Below are positions 22,910 through 36,402 of a DNA stretch of 64,000 bases, in pieces. Position 1 is the first letter of the stretch. Every line of letters starts with the position of its first letter. A program made the position numbers and the translations under genes. The DNA is from an uncultured Actinomycetes bacterium (GTDB lineage Bacteria > Actinomycetota > Thermoleophilia > Gaiellales > JALYLC01), in the NCBI GenBank assembly GCA_963794695.1, contig CAWCFJ010000008.1:435590-499589 (forward strand), written 5' to 3'. The notes under the pieces were generated by a model, which searched no databases, had not been told where the DNA came from, and saw nothing but the letters and a program-made list of their open reading frames with translations.

Positions 22910-23698
22910 TCAACCGGCTGCAACGTGGACGAGGACGGCATCGAGGTCGTCGGGGGCGGTGGTGGCGTCAGGGTGGTCGCGCGAGACGAGGTGGAGGAAG
23001 AACTCGCGGTTCCCGGCGGGGCCGGGGTGTCCCGAGGAGCAGGCTCCCAGGACCACCGCGCCGAGCTCCACGGCCTGGGACGCGACGCGCCGCAAGACCT
23101 CGGCGTGCACCTCGGGATCGCGAACGACTCCACGTCTCGACTCGTGCCTGCCAGCCTCGAACTGCGGCTTGACCAGCGCCAGCACCTGGAACGGGCGGGC
23201 GAGGCACGTTAGCACGGGCTCGAGCACCAGTCCGAGCGAGATGAAGGAGACGTCGATCACCGCGATTTCCGGGACGAACGGGAGCGAATCGCACTGCAGG
23301 TAGCGGACGTTGACCTGCTCCATCACCGTCACCCGCGGGTCGTTGCGCACCCGCTCGTGGAGCTGCCCGCGCCCGACGTCCAGCGCGATCACCGCCGCCG
23401 CGCCGGCCTGCAGCAGGGCGTCGCTGAAGCCGCCGGTCGAGGCCCCGACGTCGAGGCAGCGCGCGCCCGCCACGTCGACCCCGAAGGCGTCGAGGGCCGT
23501 CTGCAGCTTGTCGCCGCCCCGGGACACGAAGCGGGCGGGCTGCGAGACCTCGAGCGCGGCCGCGTCGCCGACGGGCGTCCCGGCCTTCGTGACCACCGCC
23601 CCGTCGACCGTCACCCTGCCGGCCATGATCAGCGCCTGGGCGCGGCTGCGCGACTCCGCGAGGCCGCGCTCGGCGAGCAGGACGTCGAGGCGCGGCAT
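22910..23698 (-). CDS. tlyA: TlyA rRNA 2'-O-methyltransferase
   Basis: S4 domain, FVSRGG.KL, DVGASTGGF, KPQFE, GNREF. Confidence 0.95.
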   Translation of the reverse strand: MPRLDVLLAERGLAESRSRAQALIMAGRVTVDGAVVTKAGTPVGDAAALEVSQPARFVSRGGDKLQTALDAFGVDVAGARCLDVGASTGGFSDALLQAGAAAVIALDVGRGQLHERVRNDPRVTVMEQVNVRYLQCDSLPFVPEIAVIDVSFISLGLVLEPVLTCLARPFQVLALVKPQFEAGRHESRRGVVRDPEVHAEVLRRVASQAVELGAVVLGACSSGHPGPAGNREFFLHLVSRDHPDATTAPDDLDAVLVHVAAG

Positions 23699-23705
23699 GG
23701 AGGCA

Positions 23706-24330
23706 TTATCGACCGTGCCGGAACGCCATCCGCCACTCGCCGGTCTGCAGCACGTGGGCGCACAGCGGCTCGCCCTCCACCGCTCCGCCGAGCGCCGCGA
23801 CGTCCGGCACCGTCACCGCGGCCGGGGCGATGGCGGTCGCCTCCCGCTGCACGTCGAGCACCAGCGTGAGCGGCCCCCAGGCGATCCAGGCCTCCCGCTC
23901 GGCGCAGACCAGCGCCGTCAGGGCGGGATCGCAGCGCGCCGGCGGCCCGGCCTCGACCCGCACGTCGAGCCCCTCGCCCCGGATCTCGATCGCCTGCGCC
24001 GAACGCCGGACGCTCAGCCGGGCGTAGCGGTACGGCGCCCCGAGCAGCCCCAGCGCGGCCGCACGCCGGCTCCGCACCAGGGCGGCGAGGAAGACGACCG
24101 CGCCGCCGTCGGGGCTGCGGGCGTAGGTGCGCAGGTTGGCCTGGGCGAACGACAGGCCGCGGCCCGGGCGCGCCGACCGGCCGCAGCCCGACGTTGCGGA
24201 AGGCCACCAGCGACACCAGCGCCCGGCCGTCGACCAGCACCGGCCGCAGCGGGACGGGCAGCTCGGGCGGTCGCTCGACCGCCCAGGTGACCACGGCCAG
24301 CGGCGAGAGCGCCACCCGGAACGCGAGCAT
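23706..24330 (-). CDS. DUF2071/YqjF-like protein, frameshifted
   Basis: LVSLVAF...RP...FAQANLRTY pattern. Confidence 0.55.
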
Positions 24331-24333
24331 CGC

Positions 24334-25214
<881 letters not shown>

Positions 25215-25218
<4 letters not shown>

Positions 25219-25415
25219 TCCTCGTCCTCCTGCGCGTCGCGGGCGCCCTGGCGGGCCCGGTCGAGCTCCTGGGTGGCCTCGAGCGCCAGGTCGTTGACCT
25301 CGCCCATGAGCGACAGGGCCTTGTCGGGGTCGGCGCTCGCGTCGTCGAGCTGGCTGCGCAGCGCCTCGAGCCGCGCGAGCAGGCTGCGCAGGCGCTGCTC
25401 GTCGGCCTCGCTCAC
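25215..25415 (-). CDS. Small coiled-coil protein, XseB-like
   Basis: 66 aa helical hairpin in the usual xseB position between nusB and ispA. Confidence 0.5.
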
Positions 25416-25831
25416 CGGCCCGTCCCCTCCTCCCGGGCGATCCGTCCGAGGACGCCGTTCACGAACACCGCCGCCTCGGGCGAGGCGTAGCGCTTGGCCA
25501 GCTCCACCGCCTCGTCGATCACCGCCGGGACCGGGATGTCCGGCCGCGTGGTGAGCTCCCAGGCCGCGAGCCGCAGCACCGCCCGCTCGACCGCGCCGAG
25601 CCGGTCGCTCGTCCAGCCGGTGGCCGCCGCGTCGAGCCGGCCGTCGAGCTCGGGAAGGGCGGCGGTCACGCCGTCGACGACCTCGCGGGCGTACGTCGGG
25701 ATGGGCTCGCCGGTGTCGGCGGCGTAGCGCTCGAACAGCGCCTCGAAGGGGGTCGAGACGACGTCGTGCTGGTAGAGCAGCACGAACGCCGCGCGGCGGG
25801 CCTGGCGGCGGGAGACGACGCGCTGGCTCAT
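25412..25831 (-). CDS. nusB: Transcription antitermination factor NusB
   Basis: RRQARR..LYQ, IDEAVELAKRY, FVNGVL. Confidence 0.93.
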   Translation of the reverse strand: MSQRVVSRRQARRAAFVLLYQHDVVSTPFEALFERYAADTGEPIPTYAREVVDGVTAALPELDGRLDAAATGWTSDRLGAVERAVLRLAAWELTTRPDIPVPAVIDEAVELAKRYASPEAAVFVNGVLGRIAREEGTGR

Positions 25832-25842
25832 CAGGCCGGACC

Positions 25843-27198
<1,356 letters not shown>

Positions 27199-27199
<1 letters not shown>

Positions 27200-28986
27200 C
27201 AGGCCGGGCTGATCTCGAAGAGCGTCTGGCCGAACTCGACGGGCTCGGCGTTGCCGACCAGGATCTTGCGGACGGTGCCGGCGTGATCGGACTTGAGCTC
27301 GTTGAACAGCTTCATGGCCTCGAGCACGCACAGCGTCTGGCCGACCTCGACCCGGTCGCCCTCCTCGACGAACGCCGGCTGGCTCGGCGACGGCGCCCGG
27401 TAGAACGTGGCCACCATCGGGCTCTCGACGAGGACGAGGTCCTCGGCGGGCGGCGCGGCCTCGGCCGGCGGCGTCGGGCCGTTCGTGGCCTGCTCGACCG
27501 GCGCGGCGGCGACGTACTGCACCGCCGGCGCGGGCTCGGGCTTTCGCAGCGTGTAGCGGACGCCGCCGTCGTCGACGGTGATCTCGTGCAGGCTGGACTC
27601 GTCCAGCATCCGCATGAGCCGGCGGATCCGCTCGCCCTCGGAGTCGTCCACCACCGCGGCCTCGTCGCCGGTGGGCATGCGCCGGCCGCGCAGCGTCGAG
27701 AGCAGCGGGAACGCGCTCTCGCCGAACAGCGCGACGAGGCACAGGTCCTCCTCGGAGGCGGCCAGCGTGCCGGCCTCGGCCTTCGCGTCCTCGAGCGAGG
27801 TCTGCGGCTCGGTCTGGGCCGGCGTGCGCTCGGCGACGGCCCGCGCGGCGGGGTCGACGGGAGTCGGCGGATGGCCGTACTCGCCGACCAGCAGGCGCCG
27901 CATCTCCTCGTCGACCATCTCCCAGCGGCGCGCCGTCAGCACGTGCTGGATCGCCTGGGAGGCCAGGATCCGCCCGACCGGCGAGGCCGGCGGAGGCGAC
28001 CCGGCGTCGGCCCGCACCCGGTGCAGCTCGTCGAGCACCTCGTCCACCCGGTCGCCGGCGCCGACGGCCTGCAGGCGCCGCTCGATGCCGGCGACGAGCC
28101 CGGCGGGGATGGTGTTCAGGGCGGCCCGCAGGGCGACGTTCGGGGAGACCGGCGGCTGCGAGCCCGCGGCCTCGCCGATGTCGGACTCGATCAGCCGGGC
28201 GACCTCCCAGGCGGCCTGGCGGTCGAGCCCGTGGTCGAGCTTCAGCCCGCCGAGGGCCTGGGCCAGGAGCTCGGCCGGCACCCGGTGGGTGAGCATCGCG
28301 ATCGGGTAGGAGGCCGTGGCGATCGGATCCGCGCCCGCGCGGGCCGCCTCGATGGCCACCGCGAGGCTCGTCCCGCCGGCGCCCTGGGTGTACAGGCCGA
28401 CCGGGATCCGGGCGACGTCGCGCATGCGGCCGATCAGCTCGCCGGCGGCGGCCGGGTCGAGCGCGCCCGCGGGGTCGTGCAGCAGCACCCGCTCGGCGCC
28501 GAACGCGGCGAGCTTGCCCGCCCGCTCGACCAGCGACTGGACGCCGGCGGCGTCGCTGTAGACCAGGCCGGCGTGCAGCTGGGCGCCCGCCTCGCGCACC
28601 GCGTCGGCCGGCCCCTCGAGGTCGTCGACGTCGTTCAGCGGGTCGTTCAGCCGGAACACGTCGATCCCCGACTCGGCGGCGACCAGGATGAAGCGGCGCA
28701 CGAGCTCGGGGTGGGCCGGCTTCATGCCGACCAGGAACGTTCCGCGCAGGGCCATCACCAGCGGCGTCTTCGGCGCCCGCGCCTTGATCGCGCGGATCCG
28801 CTCCCAGGGGCTCTCGACGGCCCGCTCGACGGCGCTCTTGAAGCAGCCGCCGCCGGACACCTCGAGCCCGGCGTAGCCGAGCTCGTCGAGGCGCTCGGCC
28901 ACGCGCAGGAGCCGCGCCGTCGACAGGGACCCGGCGAGCGGGTCCTGCGACAGCAGGCGGATGGTCGTGTCGACGAGTCGCGTCAA
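27199..28986 (-). CDS. accB: Biotin carboxyl carrier protein fused to a degenerate PycB/OadA-type carboxyltransferase domain
   Basis: 595 aa. N-terminal TIM barrel (LEVSGGG, PWERIR, LRG, GIDVFR) plus conserved-carboxylase domain; C-terminal SPMVATFYRAPSP...EAMKLFNE. Confidence 0.88.
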
Positions 28987-28999
28987 GTGCGGTGCGCGC

Positions 29000-29566
29000 T
29001 CAGGCGCGCGAGAGGTAGCGCCCCTCGCGCGTGTCGACCTTGATCCGGTCGCCCTCGTTGACGAACAGCGGCACCTGCACGACCGCCCCGGTCTCGAGGG
29101 TCGCCGGCTTGGTCACGTTCGACACCGTGTCGCCCTTCACCCCGGGCTCGGTCTCGGTCACCGCGAGCTCGACCGAGGCCGGCAGCTGCAGCGACGAGGG
29201 CCGCCCGTCGAGGCTCAGGAGCTGCACCACGTCGTTCTCCTTGACGTACTGCATCTCGTCGGCCACCCCCTCGCGCGGCAGCTCGATCTGCTCGTAGGTC
29301 TCGGTGTTCATGAGGACGACGTTGGTGCCGTCGTCGTACAGGAACTGCATGTCGTTCACCGAGGTGTGGACGCGCATCATCGTCTCGCCGGCCCGGAACG
29401 TCTTGTCGACCGTCTTGCCGGTCTCGACCGCCTTGAGCTTGGTGCGCACGAACGCGCCGCCCTTGCCCGGCTTGACGTGCTGGAACTCGACGATGCGCCA
29501 GATGACGCCGTCGACCTCGACGTGCATGCCGTTCTTGAACTGGTTCGTGGAGATCGTCTCTGCCAT
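29000..29566 (-). CDS. efp: Elongation factor P
   Basis: [23 protein letters not shown]. Confidence 0.97.
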   Translation of the reverse strand: MAETISTNQFKNGMHVEVDGVIWRIVEFQHVKPGKGGAFVRTKLKAVETGKTVDKTFRAGETMMRVHTSVNDMQFLYDDGTNVVLMNTETYEQIELPREGVADEMQYVKENDVVQLLSLDGRPSSLQLPASVELAVTETEPGVKGDTVSNVTKPATLETGAVVQVPLFVNEGDRIKVDTREGRYLSRA

Positions 29567-29570
29567 CTGC

Positions 29571-30666
29571 CTATCCCGCGTCGACCAACGATTTGGGGAA
29601 CTTCGAGAGCACCTCGTGCCCGCCTTCGGTCACCACGACGAGGTCCTCGATGCGAACGCCGAAGCGACCCGGAAGGTACACGCCCGGCTCGACCGTCACG
29701 ACGTTCCCTGGCTCGAGCACCCCCGAGACCCCGGCCCGCAGGCGCGGCTCCTCGTGGACTGCGAGCCCGATGCCGTGCCCGGTTCCGTGCCGGAAGTGCT
29801 CACCGTAGCCGGCCTCGCCGATGATCCGCAGCGCCGCCTCGTGCACCTCGACGCACGGCGTTCCGGGCCGGACCAGGGCGAGCGCGGCCTCCTCGGCCCG
29901 CAGCACGAGCTCGTAGACCTCCTTCATCTCCGCGTCCACCGGCCCGCTCGTGAAGGTGCGGGTGCAGTCGGAGCAGTAGCCCTCGACCAGCCCGCCGATG
30001 TCGATCACGACCAGCGTGCCGCGCTCGATCTCGACGTCCCGCGGCTCGCCGTGCGGCAGCGCGCCCTGGCTCGCCGAGGCCACGATCGGCCGGAACGCCG
30101 GCCCGTCGGCGCCGAGCTCGCGGAAGCGGACGGCGATCTGCCAGGCGACCTCGCGCTCGTTGCGCCCGCCGAGACCCTCGTCGGCGAGCCACTCGTACAC
30201 CTGGTCGGTGATCCGGGCGCCGCGGGCGATCCGTTCGAGCTCGTCGGCGCTCTTGACCGCCCGCAGGGCCTCGACGACGCCGACGCGTGGGCACGAGCCG
30301 CGCGCCGGCGGCGTCGGCGGCCGCAGCGAGCTGCACGAAGGCCTGGTGCGAGACGTGGGCCGACTCGAAGCCGATCGACTGGCCGGGGCGGAACAGGTCG
30401 CCGAAGCGCTCGGCGAGCGACCCGACCAGGTTCGTGTCCACGACCTGGACGTTCCAGCGCTCGCGCAGGTGGGCCACGGCGGTGGCGTAGCGGAAGTCGG
30501 TCAGCAGGGCGCCGCCGCCGGGGGTCACGCAGAGCAGGCCGTTGGAGCCGGCGTAGCCCGACAGGTAGCGCACCGAGATCGGGCTCGTGACCAGCAGGGC
30601 GTCGAGCTCGTGCTCGGCCAGCGCCGCGCGCAGGCGGTCGGCACGCTGGCCGGTGGCGACGCTCAT
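29571..30666 (-). CDS. Xaa-Pro aminopeptidase (M24), one frameshift
   Basis: [38 protein letters not shown]. Confidence 0.92.
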
Positions 30667-31104
30667 CCCGCGACCTTCGTCCGCTCGGCGATCAGCGCCA
30701 GGGCGTCGCGGTAGCCGTCGGCGCCGCGGCCGGAGATGCGCGCGTGCGACGACGTCGGCGATGACCGAGTGGCGGCGCCAGTCCTCGCGGGTGTCGACGT
30801 CCGAGAGGTGCACCTCGACCACGGTGGCGTCGACGATCTCGAGGGCGTCGCGGATGGCGTAGGAGTAGTGCGTCCAGGCGCCGGGGTTGACCACCAGGCC
30901 GGCGGCCGAGCCGACGGCGTCGTGGATCGCCTCGACGAACGCGCCCTCGTGGTTCGTCTGGGTGCAGCGGGCGGTCAGCCCGAGCTCGCGGGCCCAGGCG
31001 TAGACGCGGCTCTCGAGGTCGGAGAGCGTGAGCGTCCCGTACTGCGCCGGGTCGCGCTTTCCGAGCATGTCGAGGTTCACTCCGTTGAGGACGGCCACCT
31101 GCAC
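30663..31104 (-). CDS. aroQ: Type II 3-dehydroquinate dehydratase
   Basis: LNGVNLDMLGKRDP..YG, NPGAWTHYS, EVHLS. Confidence 0.93.
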
Positions 31105-31251
31105 CGGCGCAGTCTACGATGTGGGGCACGGCGCGCGAGGGCGCCTCCGGTCCGCGGGCAGGGACGTTCCCACCTCGAGAGGACGGATCGCTCGACCATC
31201 GCAGACGATCACCTGGCCCACGCCGCGGACACGGGCCGCGAGGAGGTCGTC

Positions 31252-32637
31252 ATGCTGCTGCGCGAACGGGACGCGAGCGTCCTCGACCAGCCCAGCCTCG
31301 AGTGGTACCGCAAGGCGGCGAAGCGCCTGCTGCGAGCGGGCCGTGGCGGGGACGCCGCCGCGCTGGCCCGTCTCGGCGAGGCCCTCGGCACGCTGCCCGA
31401 GCCGCTGCGCCTGGCCGACGTCCAGCGCGCGCTGGCCCGGGAGCACGGGTACGGCGCCTGGCCGGCGTTCCGGCGGGCCGTGCTCGAGGCCGAGGGCGCG
31501 TCCGTGCGCTCGGTGTCGCGGATCGGGATCGACGGCGTCGAGGTCTACGAGGCCACCGCCCGCGGGCTGGCGGCCGCCGTCGGCCGCGCCGACCCGCTGG
31601 CGCTGAAGCGGGTGCGGACGCACGTCGCCCGCCTCGCCCGTCTCTCGGACACCACCCTGGCCGCCCGCCCGCTGGCCGGGGCCGACGCCCGGCTGGTGGT
31701 GGCCCGGGAGTACGGCTTCCCGACCTGGCAGGCGCTGGCCGACGGCGTCGGCGCGGTGCGCCAGCGGGTCGAGCACTCGCCCGGCTGGCAGGGGCAGACG
31801 GGCCGGCCGATGGGCGAGGCCATCGAGGCCATCCGCCGGGGCGACCCGGACGCGCTGCGGGCGCTGCTCGAGGCCCACCCGGAGCTGGCCAACGCCCAGG
31901 CGGTGCGCGACGAGACCCTGCTCAGCACGATCGCCCAGCCCGACGTCTTCGGCAGCCACCTGCGCGCCGAGCTCGGCGTCGACGAGCGCTGCGTGCAGGT
32001 GCTCGTCGACGCCGGCGCCGACCTCGACGTGCCGCTGCAGATCGCGTCGTGCTTCGACCGGGTCGAGCTGGTGGGCCTCCTGCTGGCGGCGGGCGGCCGG
32101 GCCGGCGCCCGGGACGTGTGGGGCATCACGGCGTTCGAGACGGCGATCTACCACGGCGCACACCAGGCCGCCGACGTCCTGGCGGCGCACGCGGCGATCG
32201 AGCCGCCGTCGTTCTGGGTCTACGCCGGGCTCGGCCGGATCGACCTGCTCGAGGGGGCCCTCGACGCGAGCGGCCGCATCCGCGAGGAGGCCCGGCGGGA
32301 GCGCCCGAACCTGGCCGACGTCGGCTGGAACCCGGACGCCGAGCCGCCGGACGACGAGGCCACGCTGCTCGCCGAGGGGCTCACCCACGCCGCCCGCAAC
32401 GGGCGCTACGCGGCCGTCGACTGGCTCCTCGAGCACGGCGCGGACGTCGACGCCGGGCCGTTCCAGGGCCTCACGCCGCTGCACATGGCGGTGCTCTCGG
32501 CCGACCGGCGGATGGTCGAGCTGCTGCTCGCCCGCGGCGCCGACCGGATGCGCCGCGACCGCATCCACGACGGGCTGCCGGCGGGCTGGATCGAGCACGT
32601 GCGGGGCGCGGAGCCGATCCGCGCGCTGCTCACGTGA
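31252..32637 (+). CDS. Ankyrin-repeat protein with two N-terminal LxxAxxxxARExGxxxW motifs
   Basis: GAGGAGG SD; LADVQRALAREHGYGAW and GADARLVVAREYGFPTW; ankyrin repeats such as GLTPLHMAV...LLARGAD. Confidence 0.85.
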   Translation: MLLRERDASVLDQPSLEWYRKAAKRLLRAGRGGDAAALARLGEALGTLPEPLRLADVQRALAREHGYGAWPAFRRAVLEAEGASVRSVSRIGIDGVEVYEATARGLAAAVGRADPLALKRVRTHVARLARLSDTTLAARPLAGADARLVVAREYGFPTWQALADGVGAVRQRVEHSPGWQGQTGRPMGEAIEAIRRGDPDALRALLEAHPELANAQAVRDETLLSTIAQPDVFGSHLRAELGVDERCVQVLVDAGADLDVPLQIASCFDRVELVGLLLAAGGRAGARDVWGITAFETAIYHGAHQAADVLAAHAAIEPPSFWVYAGLGRIDLLEGALDASGRIREEARRERPNLADVGWNPDAEPPDDEATLLAEGLTHAARNGRYAAVDWLLEHGADVDAGPFQGLTPLHMAVLSADRRMVELLLARGADRMRRDRIHDGLPAGWIEHVRGAEPIRALLT

Positions 32638-34124
32638 CCTGCTCGACCGCCTCGGCCACCAGCGCGTCGGGCACCTCGCAGCCGAACACCGGCGCGCCGG
32701 GCGCGTCGAGCAGGACGAAGCGGTGCGTGCCGGCGGCGCGCTTCTTGTCGTGGCGCATCGCCTCGAGCACCGCATCGGCGTCCACGCCGTCGGCGCGGGT
32801 CGGCAGCCCGTGCGCGACGAGCAGCGCCGAGACCTCCGCCCGCAGCGCCGGGGAGAGCCCGCGGACCCGCTCGGAGAGCCACAGCGCAGCCACCAGGCCG
32901 ATCGCCACCGCCTCGCCGTGCAGCAGGCCGCCGTAGCCGGCGACCGCCTCGATCCCGTGCCCGATCGTGTGCCCCAGGTTGAGGATCGCCCGGCGGCCCT
33001 GCTCGGTCGGGTCCTCGGCCACGACCACCGCCTTGAAGCCGGCACAGCGGCGCACCAGCTCGCCCCGCTGCGCCGGCGTGCCGGGCCCGGGCGGCCACGA
33101 GCGAACCAGGTCGAGCAGCGGCCCGCCCGCCAGGAGGCCGGTCTTCAGCGCCTCGGCGAACCCGGCGGCCCACTCGCGCGGGGACAGCGTCTCGAGCAGG
33201 TCGGGGTCGCAGATCACCGACTCGGGCTGCCAGAACGCGCCGACGTCGTTCTTGGCGGCCACGTTGATCGCCGTCTTGCCGCCGATCGCCGCGTCGACCT
33301 GGCCGACGAGCGTCGTGGGGACGGCGATCCAGCGCACGCCCCGGCGGAAGGTCGCGGCGCACAGCCCGCCGACGTCGGTGACCGTGCCGCCGCCGGCGCA
33401 GACGACGAGGTCGCGGCGCTCGACCTCGGCCCGGGCGAACGCCTTCCAGAGCCGCTCGGCGCCGGCCACGCTCTTGGCCTGCTCGCCGCCGGAGAGCGGG
33501 ATGCGCGCCGCGAAGCTGCCGCCGACCCGCTCGTCCACCGCGGCGTCGACCACCAGCACCGCGCGCCGGCCGCCGGCCTCCTCGCCGAGCCGCGCGGCGT
33601 GGCCGGGAAGCGTCCAGACCTGCAGCGCCAGCGCGGCGGCCAGCACCTCGGGCGGCGCGCCCGCGTCGAGGATCGCGTCGGCGGCGGCGGCGTAGGTCGG
33701 CCGGCGCTCGGCCCAGCGGGCGGCGAACGCCGCGGGATCGGCGGCGAGCGGCCGCCCCTCCCCCGTCCCGACCCGCTCCCTGGCCAGCTCGAGGGACACG
33801 TCGAGCCACACGGTCAGCGCCCGCTCGCGCAGGCTCGCCCGGGTCACGGGGTCGAGCAGCGTCCCGCCGCCGGCCGCCACCACGGGTGCGTCGTCGCGCT
33901 CGAGGACGGCCCGCATCGCCGCCGCCTCGCGCTCCCGGAAGGCCGCCTCGCCGTCCGCCGCGAACTGCGCCGAGATCGGCCGCCCGTCGGCGGCCTCGAG
34001 CTCGGCGTCGAGGTCGACCAGGGGCCGGCCGAGACGCTCCGGCGACGGCGCGGGCGACCGTCGACTTGCCCGCCGCCATGAAGCCGGCGAGCACCAGCGG
34101 GCGGCGTGCTAGCGGGGAACCCAC
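32630..34124 (-). CDS. aroKB: Bifunctional shikimate kinase / 3-dehydroquinate synthase
   Basis: GFMAAGKS P-loop and GGG, then GGGTVTD, PTTL..QVDAAIGGK, LNLGHTIGH. Confidence 0.9.
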
Positions 34125-35304
34125 GGGATGCGCTCGAGGTACGCGCGGTAGGCCGCGTGCAGGTCGTCCACGTGGTCGCCGCCGAACTTCTCGCGCGCGC
34201 AGCGGGCGAGCTCGAAGGCCACGACCGCCTCCGCCACCACCGCGGCCGCCGCGATCGCCGTGGTGTCGGAGCGCTCCACCAGGGCCTCGGCCGCCTCGTG
34301 GGTGTCGAGCCGGGCCGAGCGCAGCGGGCGCATCAGGGTCGGGATCGGCTTCATCGCGATCCGCACCACGATCGTCTCGCCGTTCGACATCCCGCCCTCG
34401 ATGCCGCCGGCGCGGTTCGTCTCGCGGTGGTAGCCGCGCTCGTCGTCGAAGAACAGCTCGTCGTGCACCTCGGAGCCCCGCCGGGAGCGGTTGGCGAACC
34501 CGTCGCCGATCTCGACGCCCTTCATCGCCTGGATCGAGACCGCCGCGCCGGCCAGCCGCGCGTCGAGCCGCAGGCGCGGCTCGGTGTGCGAGCCGAGCCC
34601 CGGCGGCACGCCGAAGGCCCGCACCTCGAGCAGCCCGCCGAGCGTGTCCCGGTCGGCCCGGGCGGCGTCGACGGCGGCGATCATGCGGGCCTCGGACGCC
34701 GGATCCGAGCAGCCGAGCTCGCTCTGCAGGGCCCGGTCGAAGTCCGCCTCGAGCCCCGCGTCGGGCGGCCGCGACGACGTCGCCGACCTCGAGCACCCGC
34801 CCGCGCACCCGGACGCCGAGCCCGCGCCAGGAGGGCCTTGGCCAGGCCGCCGGCGGCCACCCGGGCCGCGGTCTCGCGCGCCGAGGCCCGCTCGAGCACG
34901 TCGCGCACGTCCTCGAGCCCGTACTTGAGGACGCCGGCCAGGTCGGCGTGCCCGGGCCGCGGCAGCACGACCCGCCGCGGCCTTGCGGTCGGGCACCTCG
35001 GACGAGCGCCTGCCTCGGTGACCGGCCAGGCGCTCATCGCGGCGCCCCAGCTGGCGTGGTCGCGGTTGCGGACGATCAGGCAGACCGGCCCGCCCAGGGT
35101 GCGGCCGTGGCGGATGCCGCCGAGCACCTCGATGTCGTCCTTCTCGATCTTCTGGCGCGGGCTGCGCCCGTAGCCGGCCTGGCGGCGGGCGAGGTCGCGG
35201 CGGATCGCCTCGTGCTCGATCTCGAGCCCCGCCGGCAGGCCGGTGACGATCGCGGTGATGCCCGGCCCGTGCGACTCGCCGGCGGTGACCAGCGTCAGAT
35301 CCAC
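34109..35304 (-). CDS. aroC: Chorismate synthase, frameshifted
   Basis: [38 protein letters not shown]. Confidence 0.95.
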
Positions 35305-35337
35305 GCCGGCGAGCCTACAGCGGCCGGCGCCGGGCGC

Positions 35338-36088
35338 CTAGCGGCGGCGCAGGAAGCGCGAGACCCGGCCCGTCCTCGGCTCGGCCAGGAGCTGGCCGCG
35401 CAGGTCGCCGAAGGACTCCTGCGGCAGCTCGACGGGCTCGGGCTCGACGCGCAGCTCGGCGCGGTCGACGAGCCGGTCGATCAGCAGGCGGTCGGCGGGG
35501 TCGAGCGCCAGGAAGCGGGTGAGCACCCGGCTGCGGCCGAAGCGGCCGGTCTGCACGCGGACGGTGTCGATGCGGCCGGTGATCGTCGTTGCCGCCCTCG
35601 TCCTCGAAGGTCACGTCCCAGCTCAGGCCGGGCTTGAACTCGCGCTCGCACTCGAAGGCCAGGCCGATGCGGGACACCTCGACGATGTTCACGCGGAACG
35701 GGGCGAGGTCGTAGGCCGCGTAGTACGCCGAGCGCACCGTGGCCAGGGCGGCGTAGGCCGCGCGCGGCGCCCGGCGCTCCTCGCCGAGCTCCTCGACGCG
35801 CACCAGCTCGAGGTTGATCAGGGCCTCTCCGGTGGTCACGGGGATCGCCGAGGCGATGCGGTGGTCGAGCGCGTAGACCGAGCCGTCGGCGAACACCCGC
35901 GTGCCCACCCGCAGGCCCTCGCGGACCAGCAGCCGCGGCGCGTAGGCGCTGAAGGCACCGCTCGCGTCGGGCTCCTCGGCGACGCGGAAGTCGAGCACCC
36001 GCCGCTCGCAGGCGACGGGCAGGACGTGGCCGGCCCGGGCGAATTGCGGGAGCTGCGAGGCGTCCGGCTGCAACATCGAAGTCGTCAT
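35338..36088 (-). CDS. PilZ-domain protein, one frameshift
   Basis: ERRAPR (RxxxR) and EVSRIG (D/NxSxxG-like). Confidence 0.7.
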
Positions 36089-36095
36089 CGAAACG

Positions 36096-36125
36096 AGCAT
36101 ACGACAACTTCATGCAATACCGCAA
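36096..36125 (-). promoter_or_regulatory. Sigma70-type leaderless promoter of the PilZ gene
   Basis: TTGCGG-N18-TATGCT, 7 nt before ATG. Confidence 0.5.
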
Positions 36126-36167
36126 TAGTGTGATGCCGGATCTCTGCACGAGTTCTGGATAGGCACA

Positions 36168-36319
36168 ACGCAAAGCGCCTCCCGCCGTTGGGTGCGGGAG
36201 GCGCCGAGAGAGGTGCGCCGGGGACGCGGAACGTCCCGGGGGCGCCTTGGCCTGCGTGCTAGGGGAGGGTGCAGACGTCGCGCCTGATCGTTCTGTCAGG
36301 GAGGGGTTCGAACGACTGG
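36168..36319 (-). ncRNA. Candidate small RNA with C-rich (CCUCCC) loops
   Basis: -10 TAGCGT, four hairpins, final 11-bp stem with short U-tract. Confidence 0.5.
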
Positions 36320-36402
36320 CACCTACGCTAGCGCCCGCCAGATTGAGGGCGTGTGAAGGACCGCTCAAAAGGTATGAACGTTCCTCCAAATACCCTCAGA
36401 GC

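Noticed and set aside
32630-34124. AroK-AroB fusion as a novelty
   Set aside because: Bifunctional AroKB is already known in several bacterial lineages.
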